From contig OY762722.1 of assembly GCA_963666305.1 (NCBI GenBank), positions 3,478,432 to 3,542,431 of the forward strand: a stretch of DNA of 64,000 nucleotides, in the 5' to 3' direction. Shown here one piece after another: positions 48,965 to 57,177 of the stretch. The notes under the pieces are model-generated. The model searched no databases and was not told where the DNA came from. It worked only from the letters and a program-made list of their open reading frames with translations. The position numbers and the translations under genes are program-made. The DNA is from Candidatus Poribacteria bacterium. Lineage in GTDB: Bacteria; Poribacteria; WGA-4E; WGA-3G. Each line of letters begins with the position of its first letter. Position 1 is the first letter of the stretch.

Positions 48965-51378
48965 TCAAAATTCAAGTGTCAATCCGAAATAAATGATCCG
49001 AGGCAGTTGTGGCGCATCAAAGACTTCACGTTCAATGCCGACCTCCTGACCTTGTACGTCAAGTGTTGCCTCTTCAAAAATGAACTTTATCTTGTTTTTG
49101 CGGTTGTAGACATTCAGAACATCAAGGAATCCACCCGCCTTTAGTCCCCAGATGTTCCATTTATAACTCACCCGAAGGTCTAACTTATGGTACGGTGTGA
49201 GTTCGGTGCTTAATTGTTCGTCTGCACTCGCCAAAAGCGGGTTCAGTCCACGCGTTACGGGGTCTTGGATGAGAACGATGGAACTGATCGGTGCTTCGGA
49301 GGTGCCACTGAGATACTGCCACTTCGCGCCGATCTCAAACTTCGGTGTGAAACTATAGTTGGCAACAACGCTAACAATGTGCGTGTTATCGAAGAGGTAA
49401 GGTTGATAAGTAGCGGTTGGATTCTCGCGTCGCTCAGCGTGTGTATAGGCGTAGGAAATCCAACCGAAGAACTTATCTGGAATCCGATGCCGTAAGAATA
49501 CCTCCGCACCCGCGACAGACGCTGCCCCTTGATTGAGATAGTTCGAGACTGCATTGGGTGTTACCAACTTCTGTGCGTCTTTGTAATAGGTAGCAAGTTT
49601 CAATTCGGTCCGCGATGAGAGTTCGTGTTCTAATTCCATGATATAGTGTCGTGTGAGACTTGATTCCAATGTCCGGTTGCCGTTTTCCGCTAATAACTGA
49701 GACGGTTGTGGACTCTGTTCATAGTGCCCATAGGCAAAGCGAAGATTGGAACCGTTCGGCAACTTGAAACTCACACTCCCTCGCGGTTGAATAGAAACTT
49801 GCTCTGTCACATTCAGATAGTCAAATCGAACGCCGAGTGCTACCGACAAGAACGAAAGCGGGTCATATCGTCCTTGTACGTATCCTTCAGTCCGATAGAA
49901 ATCGTGCCCGAATTCGTCGTGTACCTCCTCGAAAGTGTCTTCTCTGATGATTTCACCGTCGGGTGTCTCCGTTGTATAACTTAGATCATGATCTGACTCG
50001 AAATTTTCCTCAAGCCAGCCGTTTTCAGAGCTCTTCGCGGGATTGAAGGCGTAGAGAAAACCTGACTCTAATTGAAGCGTTGGGTTTAATCTGTAGGAGA
50101 CATCTTCGCGCAGCATGTAGACTGGGGCATTAATCTTTATTTCATAGTGGAAGTAGTTCGCTGCGTAGCTTGAGGGGTCCACTCTGCCTGCAACGACAGT
50201 GTAACTCTCCCCGGTTACAGCTTGGAGGTCAATATTGAGAAAATTATGGGAACGGGTCAAAGAGAGATAGGAGGTGAGATTTTCGGTGAAATTTGAGCGG
50301 AGATGAAGCCCTTGTCCATCGAACCCGTTTTTGAAATGGACACTTGAGCGCGCAGCATCTTGATAGGGAATTTCTTCTAAATCTTGTATTTCTTCGCCCT
50401 CTTCTACCAGGGTTGCCTCTCCCGTAATCTGAAAATGGTCAGTTGCAGCGAAGGCATTCACTGTAAGGTGATGCTTTTCACCGAGCGGATAGGCACATTT
50501 GAGTTGATAGTCTGAAAAATAGGGTAACTGCTGTGACGTTCCCGTCTGCTGCGCAATGATCGGTCCAGCGATGAGGTCTAAGTAGCTGCGCCGCCCAGAA
50601 GCGGAGATGTATCCCTGATCACCGACTTTGGTTTCGAGGAGTCCTTCAGAATAGAGAAGATTTAAATTGAATTTTCCGCTCCACGACTTTTCGATGCTAT
50701 CACGAGCGTAGATGTCAAGTACGGCTTGCGAGTCGAGTCCGAATTCAGCCCCATATCCACCCGCATAGATGTCGATTTTTTCAAGGCTTTCTGAACTGAT
50801 TGTTGAAAGTAAACCGCCCCAATGGAAAGGGTAGCCGAGAGGTGTTCGATCGAGATAATAAAGGTTAGATCCGGGTTCACTCCCACGGATGTAGAGTGCC
50901 CCGAAGTAATCGTTTGGGATGCCGATGCTTGGGAGGGTCATGAGCCCTTTGAGGGTATCATTGAGGGTGCCGGGGATACGAAGGAGTTCACTCCCACGGA
51001 CTTCCGTGCGACTGATCGTAGGTGGCAGCCGTTTCCCTTCCACCACAACTGTTTCGAGTTTAAAGGCTACGCCGAGGTGTATTTTGATTTCCGTGGTATC
51101 GCCGCTACTGATGTCTACAGTGACTTTTGTGGGGGCACTTCTACAGGATGTGTGACGACGAAGGTATATGTACCTGCGGGCAGTTTCGTGAAGCGGAAGA
51201 CCCCATTTGCATCGGTTTTTTGGTGCTGATCGGTTTCGAGGATATGAACATCGGCGTCCACGAGGGATTTTCCTGTGCTTTGCTGATAGACGGTTCCTTG
51301 AATATCGCCGGTTTGGGCTAAAACAGAGAGTGGCATGGTGACAAACGCAAATAGTGCTATGATGAATTGTGGCTTCAT
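48965..51378 (-). pseudogene. TonB-dependent receptor (CarbopepD_reg N-domain + plug + barrel) split by a 1-nt frameshift in a T4/A4 homopolymer at 51126..51129
   Basis: The upstream frame encodes a signal peptide plus a carboxypeptidase-regulatory-like domain (GTVYQQSTGKSLVDADVHI...TDANGVFRFTKLPAGTYTFVVTHP). The downstream frame continues ...KVTVDISSGDTTEIKIHLGVAFKLETVVVEGKRL...plug...barrel, ending ...RIIYFGLTLEF. Adding one A restores PQKVTVDI continuity. Confidence 0.7.
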
Positions 51379-51455
51379 TGAGTCGTTTTACCTCTGATGT
51401 GGGCGTTAATACATTTCTGAGTATTTCCCAAAATCCATTACATCCAACGATTAGG

Positions 51456-51487
51456 GTGACGACACTTGAGTCTCGAAAGGTTGCATT
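51456..51487 (-). promoter_or_regulatory. ECF-type promoter copy upstream of the TonB-dependent receptor
   Basis: In gene orientation: AATAATGCAACCTTT-CGAGACTCAAGTGT-CGTCAC. Confidence 0.6.
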
Positions 51488-51619
51488 ATTTTGTAATTTT
51501 CTTTTCTACTTCCTGAAATATGTGTTATACTTTTGTATACATACTTTTGGCACATCCTGCCAGTCGAAACCTGCTATACAAAAGTTGGAACTACGACATG
51601 CTCAACTCGGAGGCATAGC

Positions 51620-52438
51620 ATGGAACACCATATAACAAATGAACAGTGGGAACATTTTGAGGAGAACGGCTACGTACGTATCGGACAAGTCGCAACGGAT
51701 ACCGAACTCGCGAAACTGCAAGAGCGGATGGATGACATCATGCTCGGTAAAGCACCCCTGGATTATGACCAAATCATGATGCAACTGGATCGGGCGCCCG
51801 GAAAAGACTCGCCAGGACCGCAGTCTAAAGGGCACAAAGGTGCCACGTTACTGTATCGGAAGATACAGAACCTTGAACTCGATCCGATTTTCTTGGAGTA
51901 CCTCCAGAAACCGGTTTTCCAAGAAGTCTGCGCGAAAATCTACGGAGATGATACCCCTATTGCCTGTTTTCGGGCAATGTTTATGAACAAACCCGCACAC
52001 GAAGGGACTCAGCTCACATGGCATCAAGACAGGTGGAGAGATCTCGATCGAGACCCGAAAATTACGATTTATACCGCCTTGGATCCAGCAATGATTGAGA
52101 ACGGCTGCGTACACATCATTCCGAAATCGCATAGCAGGCTCATCAATCCTGAAAACGGATCCGGTTTTCTAACACAGGAACACATTGACGACATCGTTGC
52201 CCAGACAACACCACTCCCGATGGAGTTGAAGGCGGGAGAAGTCGTTTTACTCCACAATTGGATGCTACACAGTTCCGGGACAAATGACACGGATATTCCG
52301 CGGCGCGCCTTCAGCGTCTGCTACATGCATGGCGAGACGACGTCGCATCACGGACATGCCTTTACGCGGGTGTTCGGCGACGGGGCGATCCGTATTGACG
52401 ATTTATCGAAGTTTAAGTATGAAAGCCCAATCGTTTAG
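51620..52438 (+). CDS. Phytanoyl-CoA dioxygenase (PhyH) family oxygenase (third paralog)
   Basis: GGAGG lies 6 nt before the ATG at 51620 (MEHHITNEQWEHFEENGY...). The motifs are TWHQDRW, IYTALDP...NGCVHIIPKSHS and VLLHNWMLHSSGTN. Confidence 0.7.
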   Translation: MEHHITNEQWEHFEENGYVRIGQVATDTELAKLQERMDDIMLGKAPLDYDQIMMQLDRAPGKDSPGPQSKGHKGATLLYRKIQNLELDPIFLEYLQKPVFQEVCAKIYGDDTPIACFRAMFMNKPAHEGTQLTWHQDRWRDLDRDPKITIYTALDPAMIENGCVHIIPKSHSRLINPENGSGFLTQEHIDDIVAQTTPLPMELKAGEVVLLHNWMLHSSGTNDTDIPRRAFSVCYMHGETTSHHGHAFTRVFGDGAIRIDDLSKFKYESPIV

Positions 52439-52446
52439 ATTTGGGA

Positions 52447-52572
52447 GCAGCCAGCAATCAGAAATCGGCAATCAGTAAAGAGACTCTCGTTAAACAATAA
52501 CCTCTTTCACTGACTGCTGAAAGGATTTTTGAAAAAATCCGCCCTGATTGCTGACAACTACTAAACAAGGAG
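52447..52572 (+). promoter_or_regulatory. Tandem-heptamer leader element (longest copy, with internal 8-bp hairpin) upstream of the Gfo/Idh/MocA gene
   Basis: The sequence is GCAGCCAGCAATCAGAAATCGGCAATCAGTAAAGAGACTCTCGTTAAACAATAACCTCTTTCACTGACTGCTGAAAGG-GGATTTTTGAAAAAATCC-GCCCTGATTGCTGACAACTACTAAACAAGGAG. The last 24 nt are identical to the leader of the ECF sigma gene 35748..36347. Confidence 0.45.
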
Positions 52573-52577
52573 AAAAT

Positions 52578-53582
52578 ATGTCGAAAATTCGACTTGCCAT
52601 GATTGGATGTGGCGGAAACTCATCAGGCCACGCCAGACGAATGAACGCAAATCCTGACGTACAAATCGTCGGTACCTGCGATGTGAATACCGACATCGCT
52701 AACGGCTATATTGATCGGAATCTGTCTGATCTGAGTCCACGACCCAGTGCCTATGACGACATCGGCACGCTGCTGAAAGAGACATCGCCGGATGCCGTGG
52801 TCATCTCTACACCGCACACGCTCCACTTTGAGCAGGGGATGCAGGCACTTGAAGCCGGATGCCATGTCTTGATGGAAAAGCCGATGGTTACGTCTTCTAA
52901 AGATGCGTATACCATCGCAGAAAAGGCGGAAGAGACCGGATTAACGCTGACGATCGGCTACAATACGCCATGCACACCCAATTTCTATTATACCCGAGAA
53001 ATTATCCGTAGTGGGGAATTTGGCAAGTTGGAATTGGTCATTGGCTATATCACACAAGGCTGGAAAGGTGGCACAACCGGAACGTGGCGGCAGAATCCGA
53101 AACTTTCTGGCGGTGGGCAAGCTTACGATAGTGGCGCACACCTTCTGAACAGTCTCTGCTGGGCAGTCGAGTCGAAAGTCGCCGAAGTCTATGCCTATAC
53201 GGACAACCAAGATCGGGATGTTGATATCAATTCCTCAATCAACGTCAAGTTTGAAAGCGGTGTTCTCGCAGCAATGGCGGTGAGTGGCAATTGCCCAAGC
53301 CCTGGTGGTACGCACATGGCGTTGGTTTTTGAGAACGGTAGGATCGAGGTTGATGGCTGGAGTGGCGGTTGGATTCGCGTCTGGAAAGGTAATGAAGCGT
53401 TGGATCCGCCTCCGATTACAGATGACATGTCCGCGGGTTCGCCTGATGATAACTTCATTGACACTCTCTTGGGTAGAGCGGAACCCCGTACCAATCCAAT
53501 GAATGGGATTATCCAATCTGAACTGATGGATCTCATTTACGAATCCGCCGAAACGGGAGTTCCCGCGCGTCCTGAACGCTAA
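52578..53582 (+). CDS. Gfo/Idh/MocA family NAD(P)-dependent oxidoreductase
   Basis: The Rossmann motif is MSKIRLAMIGCGGNSSGHA. The family pattern is EKPMVTSSKDAYTIAEKAEETG. AAGGAG lies before the ATG at 52578. Confidence 0.8.
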   Translation: MSKIRLAMIGCGGNSSGHARRMNANPDVQIVGTCDVNTDIANGYIDRNLSDLSPRPSAYDDIGTLLKETSPDAVVISTPHTLHFEQGMQALEAGCHVLMEKPMVTSSKDAYTIAEKAEETGLTLTIGYNTPCTPNFYYTREIIRSGEFGKLELVIGYITQGWKGGTTGTWRQNPKLSGGGQAYDSGAHLLNSLCWAVESKVAEVYAYTDNQDRDVDINSSINVKFESGVLAAMAVSGNCPSPGGTHMALVFENGRIEVDGWSGGWIRVWKGNEALDPPPITDDMSAGSPDDNFIDTLLGRAEPRTNPMNGIIQSELMDLIYESAETGVPARPER

Positions 53583-53590
53583 ATCTACTT

Positions 53591-53627
53591 CCCCCGATCC
53601 GGTAGGTGCGGTTTCCTAACCGCACCG
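53591..53627. repeat. Solo copy of the hairpin repeat that forms the MITE termini at 22167..22433
   Basis: CCCCCGATCCGGTAGGTGCGGTTTCCTAACCGCACCG lies immediately after the stop of 52578..53582. The stem GGTGCGGTT/AACCGCACC has loop TCCT. Confidence 0.55.
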
Positions 53628-53688
53628 ATCATCTCTAAAAATTACCGATGTCTACATTTCCCCTTTTATCATTGAACTGGGGGTTAGG

Positions 53689-54861
53689 TCACACTCCTAC
53701 TGTCGCCCCTTCAGGACGCGGGGCTGTTGGTCGGATAGGCATCTTCTGATAGGAACGATATGCGAGTTCTGCTAAATGCGGGGTCTCCATTCGGATGTGT
53801 CCTTCCGCCCGCGAGTGCATAAGCGCATCGAGAACACCCGTCACGAGCAGTGTCCGTTCCACAGGATACTGCGGTTCCCCTGTCACAAACATCTCTTCGA
53901 TATTCAGACTCAAATAACTGAAATGGGCATGCGGCGGTCCGTTCTGTAGGTAGAACTCCGTCGCGTAGTGGATATCGCCCGCCTTCGCAGCGTAAGCGAA
54001 ATCAGATACATAGCCGGTCAGCATTAGCACAGCAGAACGGAACCCGTCCCGATGTTCCAGCAAAAACGCCGTTGGATTTGGGCAACCTTCTATAAAGGTG
54101 GTATCTGGACGATTTTCAATCTGCGCACACGCCTTCTCTGCCAAGTCGAGAGACCACTTTCCAGACTCACCTGCCTCCCAAACTGCATCACCTTCCAGAC
54201 ACTGAATTGCCACGATTCCAGACTCACCACCTTGTCGACGCTCAATCATACATTGCAGCGTCTCAAGCGAATGAAAACCGTACGACTCTACACCGGCATA
54301 GCCGATACCGATAGCCGATTCCAGTTCTGTGTCGAGCGGATGTTCTAAAAAGGGTTTCCGCCAACTTAGAGGGAGCGAAGAACCCGCCATAAACGGCACA
54401 TCGAGGGTATTTGCACGATTATACATCCAAATTGCGTCGTCCCAATTGTAGGAGAGGTGTTTATCGTTGAACACAGGCACCGATCTACCACTCGACGCAA
54501 AGACCCCGCAAATCTGTTCAAACATGTAACGGCGCGGATACATGTGCTGTCCGATTTCGTTATACGGATAGTCGCCGTGTTCCCCGATCAATATCACACC
54601 ATCAACAGATAGTTCATTCCCACCGAGTGTCAATGCTTGTCGAATACTTGGGTAGATAGGAACGTTGTGTTCGGATGCTAAACCGACCCCGATGTCCCGA
54701 TCGTCTACCTGATCCAGATAGATAGATACCAATTCCACGCGAGGCATTTGATGCCCGGTATCTGTCGGGAACCCCTTCATATATTTCGTAGCAATCACAT
54801 CTGCGTGTGAGTGTTGATAATATGTGGTGATGATTGCGGCAATTTTTTTAGGTGTAGTCAT
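53689..54861 (-). CDS. Hypothetical protein (390 aa), no recognised domain
   Basis: A long ORF with coding-like composition (MTTPKKIAAIITTYYQHSHADVIATKYMKG...). No motif was identified. Confidence 0.45.
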   Translation of the reverse strand: MTTPKKIAAIITTYYQHSHADVIATKYMKGFPTDTGHQMPRVELVSIYLDQVDDRDIGVGLASEHNVPIYPSIRQALTLGGNELSVDGVILIGEHGDYPYNEIGQHMYPRRYMFEQICGVFASSGRSVPVFNDKHLSYNWDDAIWMYNRANTLDVPFMAGSSLPLSWRKPFLEHPLDTELESAIGIGYAGVESYGFHSLETLQCMIERRQGGESGIVAIQCLEGDAVWEAGESGKWSLDLAEKACAQIENRPDTTFIEGCPNPTAFLLEHRDGFRSAVLMLTGYVSDFAYAAKAGDIHYATEFYLQNGPPHAHFSYLSLNIEEMFVTGEPQYPVERTLLVTGVLDALMHSRAEGHIRMETPHLAELAYRSYQKMPIRPTAPRPEGATVGV

Positions 54862-54927
54862 TGCTTCGCCCGTCTATCTATCTGTCGTGCTGGTAGGAGG
54901 GAACTCCGATTCCAGACTCCTACAAAC

Positions 54928-55803
54928 TCATCTAACGATTTCGGTCCCGATTCCACCCTCTGTGAAGACTTCAAGGAGTAACGAGTGAGGGATACGACCA
55001 TCAATAATATGCGTCTTGAAGACACCACCCATGAGTGCTGTCGTGCATGCCTCTACCTTGGGAAGCATACCACCCGCGATGAAACCTTCCTGAATGAATT
55101 GATCTACTTCTCTCATACGAAGGGTAGGCACCAGCGACGAGGTGTCCGTTAGATCGCGGAGGATGCCGCGCGTATCCGTCAACATAATTAATTTCTCTGC
55201 TTGGAACGCTGATGCAATCTCGCCAGCCATTGTATCGGCATTGATATTATAGGTTTGTCCACGAATACCGACACCAATCGGTGCGATGATAGGAATATAA
55301 CCGGCTTTGTCGAGTGCGGTAATCGACTCGGTGTTAACCCCGATGATCTTACCGACGAATCCGAGATCCACATCGGTCTGCTGTCCATTTTCACCGGTAA
55401 TCTGCGTTTCCTGCTTCTCCGCGAGAATCAGGTTCGCGTCTTTTCCAGACAACCCAATCGCTTTTCCGCCGTGTTGATTGATACGTGCCACAATCTCTTT
55501 GTTAATTGACCCAAGCACCATCTCAGCGATTTCAACCGTTTCCGCATCGGTTACTCGCAATCCCTGTATAAATTCCGGGACTTTCCCAACCTTATCCATC
55601 CATGCGGTGATCCTCGGTCCACCGCCGTGAACGATAATGGGTCGGATGCCGACATATTTCATCAGAACGATGTCTTGCATGACGGAGTGGATGAGCGTCT
55701 CATCCTCCATTGCGGCACCGCCATATTTGATAACAATCCGCCGGTCGTAAAAGCGTCGGATATACGGTAAGGCTTCAATAAGAACTTCAGCAGTTCTGTT
55801 CAT
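54928..55803 (-). CDS. argB: Acetylglutamate kinase
   Basis: ArgB hallmarks are present: RIVIKYGGAAMED, PIIVHGGGP, GLRVTDAETVEI and INADTMAGEIA. Confidence 0.9.
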   Translation of the reverse strand: MNRTAEVLIEALPYIRRFYDRRIVIKYGGAAMEDETLIHSVMQDIVLMKYVGIRPIIVHGGGPRITAWMDKVGKVPEFIQGLRVTDAETVEIAEMVLGSINKEIVARINQHGGKAIGLSGKDANLILAEKQETQITGENGQQTDVDLGFVGKIIGVNTESITALDKAGYIPIIAPIGVGIRGQTYNINADTMAGEIASAFQAEKLIMLTDTRGILRDLTDTSSLVPTLRMREVDQFIQEGFIAGGMLPKVEACTTALMGGVFKTHIIDGRIPHSLLLEVFTEGGIGTEIVR

Positions 55804-56075
55804 GTCTTTTGCTCTTGTCCTCTGTCTTTTAATTCAGAATAGTGTATAATATATGATACGTGAACCTTCTGGGTTTGTCAAATAAAAAATGGTTATCAGT
55901 TATCGGTTGTCGGTAAGAGGATTGGATAAGGAAAATCGCCGAAGTTAGATAACGTTTAGAGGATATTACGATAATTCTATGAAGGAGAACTTTCAATCAA
56001 GAAGACGGCATCATCCTGAGAATCCTCTAATCCTGCAAATCCTGATTCAGACAATGAATAAGGAGTACTCCCACA

Positions 56076-57167
56076 ATGCAAATATCCGCACAGATTTCAC
56101 AATTTCACGGTGTTGGTCTCCCATTTGAAGTTTGCGAGATGCCTATGGCTGCCACTTCAGAGGCCGTTCTCGTCCGCGTTTCACTTTCAACTATCTGTGG
56201 CTCCGACCTTCATACGGTATCGGGTCGCCGCGGGGCAGAGATTCCATGTATACTCGGACATGAAATCGTTGGAACTGTTGTGGCACCAACTCATATTCGT
56301 TCAGCGACAGGAGAGGTACTAAGCGAAGGCGATCGGGTTACGTGGAGTCTCACGACTTCTTGTGGAACATGTGCCTATTGTGCACATCGTAACCTCCCGC
56401 AGAAATGCGAGACGATGTTCAAATATGGTCACGCACGCAGTGAAGATGCTGGTGCTTTTTCAGGTGGGTTCGCCACGCATATCCTATTGCGTCCAAGGAC
56501 AGCAATCTACCACATCCCCGACGGTATGACAGACCAAGAAGCGGTCCCTATTAACTGCGCGCTCTCAACTGTAGTCAACGGCTTGATGAACATCGGCACA
56601 CAGTCCGGTGAGACAGCTGTTGTCCACGGTGCCGGTATGTTAGGCATCTATGCGACGTGTTATCTTCGTGAACAAGGATATGAGGGAGTCGTCGTTGTGG
56701 ATACCAACGAAAGTCGTTTAGAGATTGCCAGACGCTTCGGTGCAACGCATACGTTCAATCCAGATGAGACATCCGTTGTGGAAATTGAATCAGCATTAAA
56801 GGAATTGACGAACGGACGCGGGGCGGATCTCGGTGTAGAAGTCAGCGGTGCAACGATTGGAATCCCTCATCTGATTACGTGGTTAGCAATTGGCGGAAGA
56901 TGTGTGACACTCGGTTATGTCTACCCAAACGCCCATATCACTGTCGATGCCCACCAACTCGTCACGAAGTGTGTAACGCTGCGAGGCATTCATAACTATC
57001 ATCATACCGCGCTCGGCGCATCCATACGTTTTGTGGAGGAAAGCCGAAGCCGTTACCCATTTGCGGAGCTTATCGGAGAAACATATCAATTAGCGGAAAT
57101 TAACACCGCATTTGAACACGCGTTTCGCCAAGAGGTACTTCGCGTCGCTATTGCACCGTCTTCATAG
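56076..57167 (+). CDS. Zinc-dependent alcohol dehydrogenase (MDR) family, threonine/sorbitol dehydrogenase-like
   Basis: Catalytic Zn ligands are CGSDLH and GHEIVG. The structural Zn cysteines are CGTCAYCAHRNLPQKC. The NAD fold is VHGAGMLG. Confidence 0.8.
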   Translation: MQISAQISQFHGVGLPFEVCEMPMAATSEAVLVRVSLSTICGSDLHTVSGRRGAEIPCILGHEIVGTVVAPTHIRSATGEVLSEGDRVTWSLTTSCGTCAYCAHRNLPQKCETMFKYGHARSEDAGAFSGGFATHILLRPRTAIYHIPDGMTDQEAVPINCALSTVVNGLMNIGTQSGETAVVHGAGMLGIYATCYLREQGYEGVVVVDTNESRLEIARRFGATHTFNPDETSVVEIESALKELTNGRGADLGVEVSGATIGIPHLITWLAIGGRCVTLGYVYPNAHITVDAHQLVTKCVTLRGIHNYHHTALGASIRFVEESRSRYPFAELIGETYQLAEINTAFEHAFRQEVLRVAIAPSS

Positions 57168-57177
57168 CTATCACCAG

